The notes under the pieces are model-generated. The model did no database searches. It was not told the origin of the DNA and was given only the letters and a program-made list of their open reading frames with translations. DNA of 62,972 bases, filler included, from Anaerolineae bacterium (lineage in GTDB: Bacteria; Chloroflexota; Anaerolineae; Epilineales; Epilineaceae), in assembly GCA_029262755.1 (NCBI GenBank). It is 7 parts of 7 records of this genome, joined end to end, with 100 filler letters (N's around TTAATTAATTAA, not from the genome) between each part and the next. Parts side by side here need not be neighbours in the genome. Positions count along the whole stretch, not along the records: positions 38,422 to 53,631 come from JAJCYU010000083.1; 6 more parts are not named here. One strand, 5' to 3'. The position numbers were made by a program, and so were the translations under genes. Shown here in pieces: positions 41,829 through 51,480 of this stretch (the first letter of the stretch is position 1; each line of letters starts with the position of its first letter).

Positions 41829-44603
41829 CTACCAATCGTCCCAGCCATCGGCGGTGCTCCCTTTGGGCTCGCGCTTGGGTTGCTGCTTCGCGGGGGGCGC
41901 GGCCGGCGCCTCGGTAGCGGGAGGGTCGTTCGCGGCGCGGCCACGCTCGACGTCCCGTCCACCGTCCCGCTCGCTGCGCCCGCCGGCCCGGCCATCGGGC
42001 GATAGCGCGTCTTCGGCCTTGCGTGCGCGCTCGCCTGTCTCGCCGCTGCCCGGCTCCCCGTCGCCCGGCTTGCCGTCGCCGGCTTCCTCCGCCGCGTCGT
42101 CGAACGAGCGCTCCAGCGTGGCGCGGTAGTCCGCGGTGATCGCTTCGGCGTCTTCGTCGGCCTCGATGAGCACCTCGCGGCCGAGGTTACCTTGAGGCGG
42201 GCCCACGAGACCAGCCTGCTCCAGGGCGTCGAGCATGCGTGCAGCGCGGGAGTAGCCGACCCGCAGCTTGCGTTGGAGGAAGCTCGTGGAGGCCGTGCGG
42301 TGGCGTTGGACGATGGCAACGGCATCGTCCCAAAGGACGTCGCGCTCGTCCGCGAGGGCGCCGTCGCCTTCCTCGCCGCCCATCATCTTGTCCCAGAGGT
42401 CGGGTTGGATCAGCGGCTCGGGAATGCCGAGGGTCAGCGCCGTCTCGCTCGGGTCGGGCGCGTCCACACGCGCCTCCGTGCGCCAGTAGCCGACCAGGCG
42501 CTCGATCTCCTCGTCCGAAACATAGCAGCCCTGCATGCGACGAATCTTGGAACTGTCGCTGCCCATGTAGAGCATGTCGCCCTGTCCGAGCAGCTTCTCT
42601 GCGCCCGTGCTGTCGAGGATCACGCGGGAGTCGATGCTCGAGCTGACCGCAAAGGCCATGCGCGCCGGGAAGTTCGCCTTGATCAACCCCGTAACGACGT
42701 CCACGCTCGGCCGCTGTGTGGCAAGGACCAGGTGGATGCCCGTGGCGCGCGCGAGCTGGGCGAGGCGCGTGATGAGGCGCTCCGCTTCTTCGGGAGCAAC
42801 CATCATCAGGTCGGCCAGCTCGTCGATGATGATGACCAGATAGGGCATGGGCGCGCGCCCGTCGACCGCCTCGCGTGCGTTCCACGCAGCGATGTTGCGC
42901 ACGCCGGCCGCCGCGTAGGCCTTGTAGCGCCGGTCCATCTCGCGCACAGCCCACTGCAGCACCCCGACCACGCGCTCGACCTCGACCACCACGGGCGATC
43001 CGAGATGCGGCAACCCGCGATAGCCGACGAGCTCGACGCGTTTGGGATCCACCAGCAGCAGTTTGAGCGTTTCGGGCGTGTGGGTCATGAGCAGCGAGCA
43101 GATCAGCGCGTTGATCGCGACGCTCTTGCCCGATCCCGTGGCGCCGGCGATCAGCATATGCGGCATCTGCGCCAGATCGACCGAGATCGCCTGGCCGCCG
43201 ATGTCACGCCCGATGCCGATGGGCAACGCGCCCTTCTTGGCGAGCTTCAAGAAGCCCTCGCTCTCCAGGATCGTGCGCAGCGCGACCGTCTCGCTGCCCT
43301 GGTTGGGCACCTCGATGCCGAGGTAGGGACGGCCGGGCACGGGAGCCTGGATTCGCAGCGGCGCCGCAGCCAGGGCCAGCGCGAGGTCGTTCTGCAGCGC
43401 CACGATGCGGCTGACCTTTACCCGCGAGCGCGTATCGCCCTTCTCGATGTAGCCCGGCTCCAGGCCGAATTGCGTGATGCGCGGGCCGCGATGGATCTTG
43501 ACCACGCTCGCGGGAATCCCGAACTCGCCCAAGGTCTGCTCGATGAGCCGTGCTTGAAGCTCCGCATGCTCGGGCGAGACCTCCACCGTGTCGACGACGT
43601 CGAAGACCTGGTCGAGCGGCGGATGGCGCCACTCGGGACGCGCCTGCGGCTCGGTGGCGCGCCGGTCCTCCGGCTCCACGTCGAGCCCTACGCCATCGAC
43701 CGCCTCCCCGCCCACCGGGCCGCCGTCCTCGTCCGGCGGGCCGAGGGGCGCGCCGTCGTCGTCGAAGCCCCAGGCCGCGTCCAGCGCGTCCTCCGTGCCG
43801 CCGTCGTCGCGTGCGAGCTCGGCACTTGCGGCGGCCAAGGCGCGTTCCTCGCGCCGCAGCGCGCTGCGCTCGCGGGCATCGGCCCACCCGCCACCGAGCA
43901 AGGCGCCCGCCGCCCGACCGGCGCGCAAAACCTGTTCGCCGATGATGTCGAGCGTCTCCCGTACGGACTGCCCGGCGGTGGCGCCACCAGCCAAGAGGAC
44001 CACGAGGGCCAGCACGGCAAACGCAGGGATCGCGCCTAGATTTCGGGCCAACGCGACGGCCGGGAAGTGGCCGACTCGGCCGCCGCCCGCGTTCGCATCG
44101 AGCAACGCGCGCAGGCGCACCACGTCGGACGTCAGCTCCGCGGCGGGCAGCGCGAGGGCCGTGCCGATATGCAACAGTCCGAGCAGGGCCAAAGCCGTGA
44201 TCGCACCGGCCACCGGCCGATTCCACGCGATGTCCGCCTCCCCGTCCGCGGCGTCCAGGAAGAGCCAAACTCCCAGCGCGCCGAAGACAATGGGCGACAT
44301 CCAATAGCCCCACCCGAACGCCCACTGCAAGAAGGCAAGCCAACGCTCACGCCCGGGCCCACTACCGCTGACGAACAGCACAAGCGTGATCACGGAGACC
44401 CCGACGATCAGCGCGCCGAGCACCTCGCGCCGCCGCGCAGGGGTGAGGAAGGCGCCGCCGGGCTTGGAAGCAGCGCCCTTGGCGGCTTTCGCGCCGCTAG
44501 CAGCCTTCCCCTTGCTACCACCGCGCGCGGCCGACGGCTTCGCGCGCTTGGCGCCCCCGGTCGGCTTCGCGGCCTTCGCCTTGGCCCCACGTTTGCGCGT
44601 CAC
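41829..44603 (-). CDS. ftsK: DNA translocase FtsK/SpoIIIE
   Basis: 4 TM; PHMLIAGATGSGKS, IIIDELADLMM, LATQRPSVDV; gamma domain STSFLQRKLRVGYSRAAR. Confidence 0.96.
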   Translation of the reverse strand: MTRKRGAKAKAAKPTGGAKRAKPSAARGGSKGKAASGAKAAKGAASKPGGAFLTPARRREVLGALIVGVSVITLVLFVSGSGPGRERWLAFLQWAFGWGYWMSPIVFGALGVWLFLDAADGEADIAWNRPVAGAITALALLGLLHIGTALALPAAELTSDVVRLRALLDANAGGGRVGHFPAVALARNLGAIPAFAVLALVVLLAGGATAGQSVRETLDIIGEQVLRAGRAAGALLGGGWADARERSALRREERALAAASAELARDDGGTEDALDAAWGFDDDGAPLGPPDEDGGPVGGEAVDGVGLDVEPEDRRATEPQARPEWRHPPLDQVFDVVDTVEVSPEHAELQARLIEQTLGEFGIPASVVKIHRGPRITQFGLEPGYIEKGDTRSRVKVSRIVALQNDLALALAAAPLRIQAPVPGRPYLGIEVPNQGSETVALRTILESEGFLKLAKKGALPIGIGRDIGGQAISVDLAQMPHMLIAGATGSGKSVAINALICSLLMTHTPETLKLLLVDPKRVELVGYRGLPHLGSPVVVEVERVVGVLQWAVREMDRRYKAYAAAGVRNIAAWNAREAVDGRAPMPYLVIIIDELADLMMVAPEEAERLITRLAQLARATGIHLVLATQRPSVDVVTGLIKANFPARMAFAVSSSIDSRVILDSTGAEKLLGQGDMLYMGSDSSKIRRMQGCYVSDEEIERLVGYWRTEARVDAPDPSETALTLGIPEPLIQPDLWDKMMGGEEGDGALADERDVLWDDAVAIVQRHRTASTSFLQRKLRVGYSRAARMLDALEQAGLVGPPQGNLGREVLIEADEDAEAITADYRATLERSFDDAAEEAGDGKPGDGEPGSGETGERARKAEDALSPDGRAGGRSERDGGRDVERGRAANDPPATEAPAAPPAKQQPKREPKGSTADGWDDW

Positions 44604-44741
44604 CGCGCGACGTGCCGATCGGAAACCGGTCGCCTCCGGCCGCCATCGGTCGCCGCCGGCAACCGCAGCCTGCTGTGCGGAGTGATCAGGACGCGACGCA
44701 CACGCGCTCCACGTAAGGTGCGACCCCGTTGCGGGACCCCA

Positions 44742-45815
44742 TCAACCCTTCCCGCCCGCGCGCTCCAGGTACTGCCCGATCTCTTCGGCGGTGATCTGGT
44801 AGGCGAACCACTCGCGGTGGGGCTTGAAGCCCATGCGGATGTTGATGCCCAGCATCGCGTCGTTGGACTGCGAGTTCTCCGTACCGATGTGCTCGGGGTC
44901 GTAGCGGTCCCGGAGGTGGCGCAGCATCGCGGCCTTGACGGCCTTGCCGACGCCCAGGCCGCGCGCGTCCGGATGGACGCCGGTGAACCACTGATCGACC
45001 TGCTTCGGCGCCGCCGGATACCAACGGGTATCGGTGATGCCGACGATCTTGCCTTCCGCGTTGCGCACCAACACCGTATGGTGCTCGCTGTTGTCGATGG
45101 ACAGCCGGTCGTTCTGCTGCCGCAGGTCGTCTTCCGTGATCACGATCTCACCGTGTTCAAGATCGTCCCATGGCATGAGGTTCATCATCTCCGAACGCGC
45201 CGGCGCGTATTCCGCGAACGACTCCTCCGGCACGCGGTCCGGCCAGATCTCGATCCGGTAGCCGGGTGCCTTCTCGGGCAGCTCTTCCTCCCAGCGCTTC
45301 ATCTCGTCCCAGTCGACGTCCTTGAAGTACAGTCGGCTCTGGCGCTCGGTCTGCTTGCACGTAGCGCCGATGTGCTCGGCCCACGCGCTGCCGTCCGGCT
45401 CGGTGTCGGATGCGTAGAGGTTGAGCACCTTCGCGCCGTGCTCAAGCATATCCGCGTGGATGCAGCGCAAGGCTTCCCGCGCGACGCCCTGCCGCCGGAA
45501 GGGCCCGCACACGGCCACGTTGCCCCAGGCCAGGTGCTTGTTGCTCTCGTACTCCGGGGAGCCCGGCTTGCTGAATCCAGCGCGGGCCCAGCCGATGACC
45601 ATCCCGTCCAGCTCCACCGCGTAGCGATGCGAGATTTCCGTATGCCACGGCCGCCGCAACTGTTCCTCGGACTGCTCGTCCGGGTAGAGCGGCTCTTCGG
45701 GATCGAACTCTGCGTGGCGCAGGCGTCGGTACGCGTGGTAGCGTAGCCAGGCGGCGCGATCCTCTTTGGCGGGTTCGAAGGGGCGTATGGCCCAGGTCTT
45801 GGTCGACATGTCCAT
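44742..45815 (-). CDS. Tandem GNAT-family acetyltransferase
   Basis: FRRQGVAREAL and TGVHPDARGLGVGKAVK, NDAMLGINIRMGF. Start uncertain within about 20 nt. Confidence 0.88.
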   Translation of the reverse strand: MDMSTKTWAIRPFEPAKEDRAAWLRYHAYRRLRHAEFDPEEPLYPDEQSEEQLRRPWHTEISHRYAVELDGMVIGWARAGFSKPGSPEYESNKHLAWGNVAVCGPFRRQGVAREALRCIHADMLEHGAKVLNLYASDTEPDGSAWAEHIGATCKQTERQSRLYFKDVDWDEMKRWEEELPEKAPGYRIEIWPDRVPEESFAEYAPARSEMMNLMPWDDLEHGEIVITEDDLRQQNDRLSIDNSEHHTVLVRNAEGKIVGITDTRWYPAAPKQVDQWFTGVHPDARGLGVGKAVKAAMLRHLRDRYDPEHIGTENSQSNDAMLGINIRMGFKPHREWFAYQITAEEIGQYLERAGGKG

Positions 45816-45950
45816 GTTCTTCACTCACTTTGCTGGGTCGTTCGGCTCGATGACGTCGTCCGTTGCTGCCTCTGCGACGGTAGCGAAAGGCCGGATGGCA
45901 TAGACGGGGACGCGGGTGAGGGTGGGGACGCGGGTGAGGCTGCGTTCGCG

Positions 45951-46120
45951 GATGCGGCGACGTGAAGAGAGGTGTCGCAAGGTGAGATGCAGTGCGGCGA
46001 GGTGCGGATCGGTGCTGCCAGGTTCTGCGGGGCCTGCGCTGTTCTACACTGTTCTGCGGTGGTCGGCGAGGTAGGGTGCGCGGTGCGGTACGCGGCGATA
46101 CGGAGCGATACGGCACGGTA
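45951..46120. repeat. Degenerate 10-bp-period repeat tract
   Basis: GTG at the same phase in six consecutive 10-mers (45961-46020); CGnnnCGRTA x4 (46081-46120). Confidence 0.65.
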
Positions 46121-46273
46121 GAACCAGGCGTTGTCCGTCGACGCCACCGCCGATTCGAAGGGATCAACGGCGACGCTAGAACAGAGGTTCGGCCGCATTA
46201 TACCGAATTGCTCGAGCCTCCGCGCGGAAGGCTATCATCAGCCCCCGCGCCCACCCGTTCGGAGCAAGTGCCC

Positions 46274-46684
46274 ATGCGCCACGTGCTGGCCCTGTTCGAC
46301 GCACCCGTCCCCGCCGCCCGCGCCGTGCGCGCCCTGGCGGAAAAGGGCTTCGCGGCCGACGACGTGCAGCTCTGTGCGCGCGGTGAGGTACCAGACATCG
46401 GTGCGCGCACGTCCCGCGATCTACCCCACGAGCCACGCGCCTTGCAGGCCGCCCTCCAAGACCGCGGGCTCGGCGAAGACGATGCCGCGCTGTGCGCCGA
46501 GGGCGTCGCCCGGCGCGGCGCCATCCTCGTGCTCGTGCGCTGCCCGACGCTCTCGGCGCCCGTCGCGGAACGCCTGCTCGCGGCCGCCCTGCCGCCGGAG
46601 CTCGCCGAGCATGCGGCCCGCTGGAAGGCCCAGCCCAGCGCCGCATACATGTGGGCGCAGGTCGCCGCGCCGCCGATCGGGTGA
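46274..46684 (+). CDS. Hypothetical protein, general-stress-protein-like ferredoxin fold
   Basis: MRHVLALFD...AVRALAEKGF...GLGEDDAALCAEGVARRGAILVLV; GTGA overlap with the helicase. Confidence 0.7.
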   Translation: MRHVLALFDAPVPAARAVRALAEKGFAADDVQLCARGEVPDIGARTSRDLPHEPRALQAALQDRGLGEDDAALCAEGVARRGAILVLVRCPTLSAPVAERLLAAALPPELAEHAARWKAQPSAAYMWAQVAAPPIG

Positions 46685-49600
46685 GCCGAGCGGAGGGTCA
46701 GGGCGGCGCCGGAGCACGGCCGCCGCGCTTCGTCGTCCCGGCCGAGGACCTGGCACGCGAGCTGGTGGCCGGCACGCGCTTCGGCCCCCACGTAGAGGCC
46801 GTGCACGAGATACCCGCCCGTGCCGCACGCTACGGCGCGTGGCCGGCAGCGCTGGACCCCGCGGTGCGCCGCGCCGCCGCCGCGCGCGGCATCGAGCGGC
46901 TCTACCTGCACCAATCGCGCGCAGTCGAGGCGGCGTTGGCGGCCGGTGGCAGCGGGGAGGACTATGCGATCGGCGGCCGCACCGGCACCGGCGGCACCGG
47001 CACCGGACGCCGCGGCACCGAAGGTCCGAGCGCCGAACGTCCCGGCACCGACCCGACCGACTCCGGACGTACATCGTCCCCCGTCGCCCTCGCGGTCGCC
47101 ACGGGCACCGCATCGGGCAAGAGCCTGTGCTACACGCTGCCGCTGCTGCACGAGTGCCTGCGCGACGAGGGCGCCCGCGCACTGTTGCTCTTCCCGACCA
47201 AGGCGCTCGCACGCGATCAACTGGCGGCGCTGCGCGCTTGGGACGCTGCGCTGGACGCACCCGTCCTGCGCCCCGCCGCCTACGACGGCGACACGCCCTC
47301 CGGGCAGCGGCAGCGCGCGCGTCGTGAGGCACGGTTGCTACTCAGCAATCCGGATATGCTGCATGCGGGCATCCTGCCCCACCACACTCGCTGGGCGGAC
47401 TTCCTGGCCGGCCTACGGTGGATCGTGCTCGACGAGATGCACGTCTACCGCGGGATCTTCGGCAGCCACGTGGCCAACGTGCTGCGCCGGTTGCGCCGCG
47501 TGGCGGCCTTCCACGGTGCGCAGCCACGCTATCTGCTGACCTCCGCCACCATCGCCAACCCCGCGGAGCTCGGCCGCCGCCTGACCGGCAGGCAGACAAC
47601 CGTCATCGACGAAGACGGCGCGCCCCGCGGCATTCGGCACTTCGTCTTCTACAACCCCCCCGTCATCGACCCCGTGCTGAACCTGCGCCGCAGCGCAATC
47701 CTGGAAGCCGACCGCATCGCGCGGCACTTCCTGGACGGCGGCGTCCAGACCATCGTTTTCGCCCGCACGCGCCAGACGGCCGAGCTCCTGACACGCTACA
47801 TCGCGCAAGGGCTGGGCGATGCGCGCGCGCAGCCCGCTTGGGACGACGGCGCCGGGGATCTCGACCGTTTCGACGGCGAGTCCGGGATCCAGGGCGGGCT
47901 CGCTCCGGGTGACCCTCGCTCGACCGCCGGCTGGGGCGACGCCTCGCCCGACGCCCTGGCAGGCGACGTCCCCATCCGCGGCTATCGGGGCGGGTATACG
48001 GCCACGGAGCGCCGCGCGATCGAGGCCGCGCTGCGCGAAGGCCGGCTGCGCGGCGTCGTAGCGACGAACGCATTGGAGCTCGGCATCGACATCGGCGAGC
48101 TGGATGCCTGCGTGATGACCGGCTATCCGGGCACGGTGGCCAGCGCGTGGCAGCAGGCGGGCCGTGCGGGAAGGCGCGGAGCGGACGCCGTGGCGGTGCT
48201 CGTCGCCACCGCGGCACCGTTGGACCAATACATCATGCGCCACCCGTCGTGGATCCTCGGGCGCGCTCCTGAAGCCGCGCGCCTCGATCCCGACAACCTG
48301 CTCATCCTGCTCGACCACCTGCGCTGCGCCGCCTACGAGCTGCCCTTCGACGCCGCAGAAGCCGCCATGCCCTTCGGCGCGGCGCAGATACCGCTGCCGC
48401 CTCCGCTCGATCCGGGCGCGAGCGACGCCCACGGCGACGACCACACGGGAAGGGACGACCAAGACGAGAAGCCGACCGGCCCCATCCGCCCTTCCGCGCC
48501 GATCGCGAGCGATCTGTTGGCCGTCCTGGAAGCGCAGGGCGACCTCCGGCTCGTGGAAGGCCGCTGGTACTGGCTGGCCGAGGGCTACCCGGCCGAGCGC
48601 GTGAGCTTGCGCACGGCCGGTGCGGAGCAGGTCTCGATCGTGCGCGGCCGCCCGCCGAGCGACGCCACCGTGGTTTCGGACAACGCTTCAACGACGGACA
48701 ACACCACAAGCACGTCCGCCGCCGCGCCGCCGCGCGCCGCCGACGTGCTCGGCACCGTGGACCGTGGCCGCGCGCCGTCCGTGGTGCACGAGGGCGCGAT
48801 CTACCTCCACGACGGCGTCACGTGGCGGGTGGAGACCTTGGACTGGGAGGCCGGGCGAGCCTACGTGGCGCCCGCGGACGGCGCTACCTATACGCGGGCC
48901 TCGGGCAGCACCGCCGTGACGCCCGTCGACGTGCGTGCGCGGCGCGATGCGCCCGGCGCCGAGATCGCGCATGGCGAGCTCGAGGTGCGCTCGCGGGTGA
49001 CGGGCTACCGCGTCCTGCGCTTCAAGACCCACGAAACGCTCGGCTGGGGCCGCGTGGACCTGCCCGAGCAGGTGCACGTTGCCGCGGGCTATTGGTGCTG
49101 CCTGAGCGAGGAAGCCGTCGAGCACCTGCGCGCGATCGGCCAATGGGATCACGAGCCGGTCTTCGACCGCGGCCCCGAATGGCCCGAGGTTCGCCGCCGC
49201 GCCCTCGAGCGCGACGGCGGCACCTGCGCACATTGCGGCGCTCCGCCGCCTCCATCGCGCAGCCACGACGTACACCACATCAAGCCCTGGCGTCGCTTCG
49301 GCACCGGCGAAGCCGCCCGGCAGCGCGCCAACGCGCCGGACAACCTGATCACGCTGTGCAAGGCTTGCCATGCCCAGGCCGAGCGAGCGCTCGGGCTGCA
49401 CGGCTCGCTGAGCAGCATCGGCTACGCGCTCTCGCACGTCGCGCCGCTGTACCTGATGTGCGATCCCGGCGACCTCGGTGTATCGGCCGTCGCCCACGCC
49501 CCGTGGTCCGGCCGGCCGACGATCGTGATCTACGAGCGCGCCGCGGCGGGCGTCGGCTTCGGCGAGGCCCTCTACGAGCGCCATGAGGGACTCATCAAGG

Positions 49601-49725
49601 CGGCGCGCGAGCTCATCAAGGACTGCCCGTGCGCGCACGGTTGCCCCTCGTGTGTCGGTGCTGCGGATAGCGCTAGCGAAGAGGCCAAAGCCCACGCATT
49701 GGCCGTCTTGGATGCGCTCTCGTAG
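46681..49725 (+). CDS. MrfA/YprA/SftH/Hrq1-type SF2 helicase with DUF1998 Zn domain and inserted HNH
   Basis: TGTASGKS, FPTKAL, NPDMLH, DEMH, SATIANP, TNALELGIDIG, QQAGRAGR; CD...CPC..GCPSC. Confidence 0.93.
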   Translation: MSRAEGQGGAGARPPRFVVPAEDLARELVAGTRFGPHVEAVHEIPARAARYGAWPAALDPAVRRAAAARGIERLYLHQSRAVEAALAAGGSGEDYAIGGRTGTGGTGTGRRGTEGPSAERPGTDPTDSGRTSSPVALAVATGTASGKSLCYTLPLLHECLRDEGARALLLFPTKALARDQLAALRAWDAALDAPVLRPAAYDGDTPSGQRQRARREARLLLSNPDMLHAGILPHHTRWADFLAGLRWIVLDEMHVYRGIFGSHVANVLRRLRRVAAFHGAQPRYLLTSATIANPAELGRRLTGRQTTVIDEDGAPRGIRHFVFYNPPVIDPVLNLRRSAILEADRIARHFLDGGVQTIVFARTRQTAELLTRYIAQGLGDARAQPAWDDGAGDLDRFDGESGIQGGLAPGDPRSTAGWGDASPDALAGDVPIRGYRGGYTATERRAIEAALREGRLRGVVATNALELGIDIGELDACVMTGYPGTVASAWQQAGRAGRRGADAVAVLVATAAPLDQYIMRHPSWILGRAPEAARLDPDNLLILLDHLRCAAYELPFDAAEAAMPFGAAQIPLPPPLDPGASDAHGDDHTGRDDQDEKPTGPIRPSAPIASDLLAVLEAQGDLRLVEGRWYWLAEGYPAERVSLRTAGAEQVSIVRGRPPSDATVVSDNASTTDNTTSTSAAAPPRAADVLGTVDRGRAPSVVHEGAIYLHDGVTWRVETLDWEAGRAYVAPADGATYTRASGSTAVTPVDVRARRDAPGAEIAHGELEVRSRVTGYRVLRFKTHETLGWGRVDLPEQVHVAAGYWCCLSEEAVEHLRAIGQWDHEPVFDRGPEWPEVRRRALERDGGTCAHCGAPPPPSRSHDVHHIKPWRRFGTGEAARQRANAPDNLITLCKACHAQAERALGLHGSLSSIGYALSHVAPLYLMCDPGDLGVSAVAHAPWSGRPTIVIYERAAAGVGFGEALYERHEGLIKAARELIKDCPCAHGCPSCVGAADSASEEAKAHALAVLDALS

Positions 49726-49806
49726 CGATCGACGATTTGCTGCGCAGGCCGGCGGCTTCCGATACCTCAAACCAGGGTTCCGGAGGTCGATGTCACGCTC
49801 ACGCTG

Positions 49807-49815
49807 TGCTAGTGT
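49807..49815 (+). promoter_or_regulatory. Extended -10 promoter candidate for the GuaB-family gene
   Basis: TG-C-TAGTGT; predicted start about 49822, at the first hairpin. Confidence 0.45.
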
Positions 49816-49865
49816 TTTCGCTTGGATTCGGCGACTGGAACGAGTCCGACGCGTGCCGACGTTGG

Positions 49866-49903
49866 GCACCGTGCAGGGCGAGCACCGTGCAGGGCGAGCA
49901 CCG
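49866..49903. repeat. 16-bp tandem repeat, about 2.4 copies
   Basis: GCACCGTGCAGGGCGA GCACCGTGCAGGGCGA GCACCG. Confidence 0.9.
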
Positions 49904-49941
49904 GGTACGCCGAGGACAGGGACGCGCGAGGAGAGGCGAGC

Positions 49942-51480
49942 ATGGAACGCACGATGAACGAGATCCAGGCCGAGCGTGGTGAACGACCGACGCCCGCGGC
50001 CATGCAGCCCGCCCCGCATCTCAACGTGCGGACGAACCCGGGGCTGACCTTCGACGATGTGTTGCTTGTGCCCCGCTACAGCGAAATCCAATCGCGCGGC
50101 GACGTGACCACCGATACGCGCCTCACCCGTCGCATCCAGCTTGCGATACCCATCGTGAGCGCGAACATGGACACGGTCACCGAGAGCGAGATGGCCATCG
50201 CGATGGCGCGCGCGGGTGGCATCGGGGTGATCCATCGCTTCCTCACGCCGGGACGACAGGCCAACGAGGTCCGCCGCGTGAAGCGCGCCGAGGCGCTCGT
50301 GGTCCGCCAGCCGATGACCTTGCCGCTCAGCGCAACGGTCCGTCTGGCGCGTGAGCTGATGGGCGAAGAGGGCGTCGGCGGCCTGATCGTGATCGACGAC
50401 AGCGAGCGTGTCGTGGGCATCGTCAGCCGGCGCGACATCATGTTCGTCGACGACGACGACCGACCCGTAGCCGACGTGATGACGCCGCGGGAACGCCTCA
50501 TAACGGCCGCTCCGAACACCACCATCGAGCAGGCGCGCTCCATCCTCGACGAGCACCGGATCGAGAAGCTGCCCTTGGTCGACGAAGCGAACCTCCTGGT
50601 GGGTCTGATCACCGCCAAGGACATAGAACACCGAATGAACTACCCGAAAGCGACCAAGGACTCGCACGGCCATCTGCGCGTTGCCGCCGCCGTCGGGGTC
50701 CGCGAAGGCTACATAGAGCGCGCCGAGGGCCTCCTCGCCGCGGGGGCGGATGCGCTCGTGATCGACATTGCGCACGGCGATTCGGTCAACGCGGTCGAGG
50801 CCGCACGCGGTCTGCGCACCAATCTGGGCGATGGCTGGGACATGGTGATCGGCAACGTGGCCACGGCCGATGGCGTGAAACGCCTGGCCGACGCGGGCGC
50901 GGACGCGGTCAAGGTCGGCATCGGCCCAGGCTCGATCTGCATCACCCGCATCGTCACCGGCTTCGGCGTGCCGCAGCTCTCGGCAGTCGCCGAGTGCGCG
51001 GCGGCGGCCGCGGCCTACGACCTGCCGCTGATCGCAGACGGCGGCATCAAGAACTCCGGCGACATCGTCAAGGCCTTGGCCGGCGGCGCCTCCAGCGTCA
51101 TGGTCGGCAGCCTGCTTGCCGGCACGCGCGAGAGTCCCGGCATGGTCGTGGTGCGCGGCGGCCGCCGCTTCAAGGTCACCCGTGGCATGGCCAGCCTCGC
51201 GGCCACGATGTCGCGCCGCTCCGTGGACGCCAAGGACCACGACTCGAACGCGGCGCTGCCCAAGCGCGAGTATGAGCGCGTGGTGCCCGAGGGCGTCGAG
51301 GCGAAGGTCCCCTACCGCGGCCCCGTCGACGACCTGCTGCACCAGCTGGTCGGCGGCCTGCGCTCGGGCCTGAGCTACGCCGGTGCAAGCAGCCTGTCCG
51401 AGCTCCCCGAACGGGCCGAGTTCATCCGCATCACGGCGGCCGGCGTCCGCGAGAGCGGTCCACACGACGTCGACCTCTAA
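49942..51480 (+). CDS. IMPDH/GMP reductase family protein with CBS pair (probably GMP reductase)
   Basis: [23 protein letters not shown] domains, [17 protein letters not shown]; flap lacks the Arg-Tyr dyad. Confidence 0.9.
   Translation: MERTMNEIQAERGERPTPAAMQPAPHLNVRTNPGLTFDDVLLVPRYSEIQSRGDVTTDTRLTRRIQLAIPIVSANMDTVTESEMAIAMARAGGIGVIHRFLTPGRQANEVRRVKRAEALVVRQPMTLPLSATVRLARELMGEEGVGGLIVIDDSERVVGIVSRRDIMFVDDDDRPVADVMTPRERLITAAPNTTIEQARSILDEHRIEKLPLVDEANLLVGLITAKDIEHRMNYPKATKDSHGHLRVAAAVGVREGYIERAEGLLAAGADALVIDIAHGDSVNAVEAARGLRTNLGDGWDMVIGNVATADGVKRLADAGADAVKVGIGPGSICITRIVTGFGVPQLSAVAECAAAAAAYDLPLIADGGIKNSGDIVKALAGGASSVMVGSLLAGTRESPGMVVVRGGRRFKVTRGMASLAATMSRRSVDAKDHDSNAALPKREYERVVPEGVEAKVPYRGPVDDLLHQLVGGLRSGLSYAGASSLSELPERAEFIRITAAGVRESGPHDVDL

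Noticed and set aside
45821..46198. 125-aa minus-strand ORF over the repeat tract
   Set aside because: Its ATG overlaps the TATAAT box, so it would not be in that transcript; its composition is repeat-derived.
49160..49395. Intein carrying the HNH domain
   Set aside because: Insert is only about 80 aa, with no intein N-terminal block or His-Asn end.
49764..49875. ykkC-family (guanidine/PRPP/ppGpp) riboswitch suggested by CAGGGUUCCG...CUGGAACGAG...CACCGUG
   Set aside because: The 3' AAAAG-containing hairpin is absent, and the 5' word lies upstream of the likely promoter inside a separate ACCTC/GAGGT hairpin.
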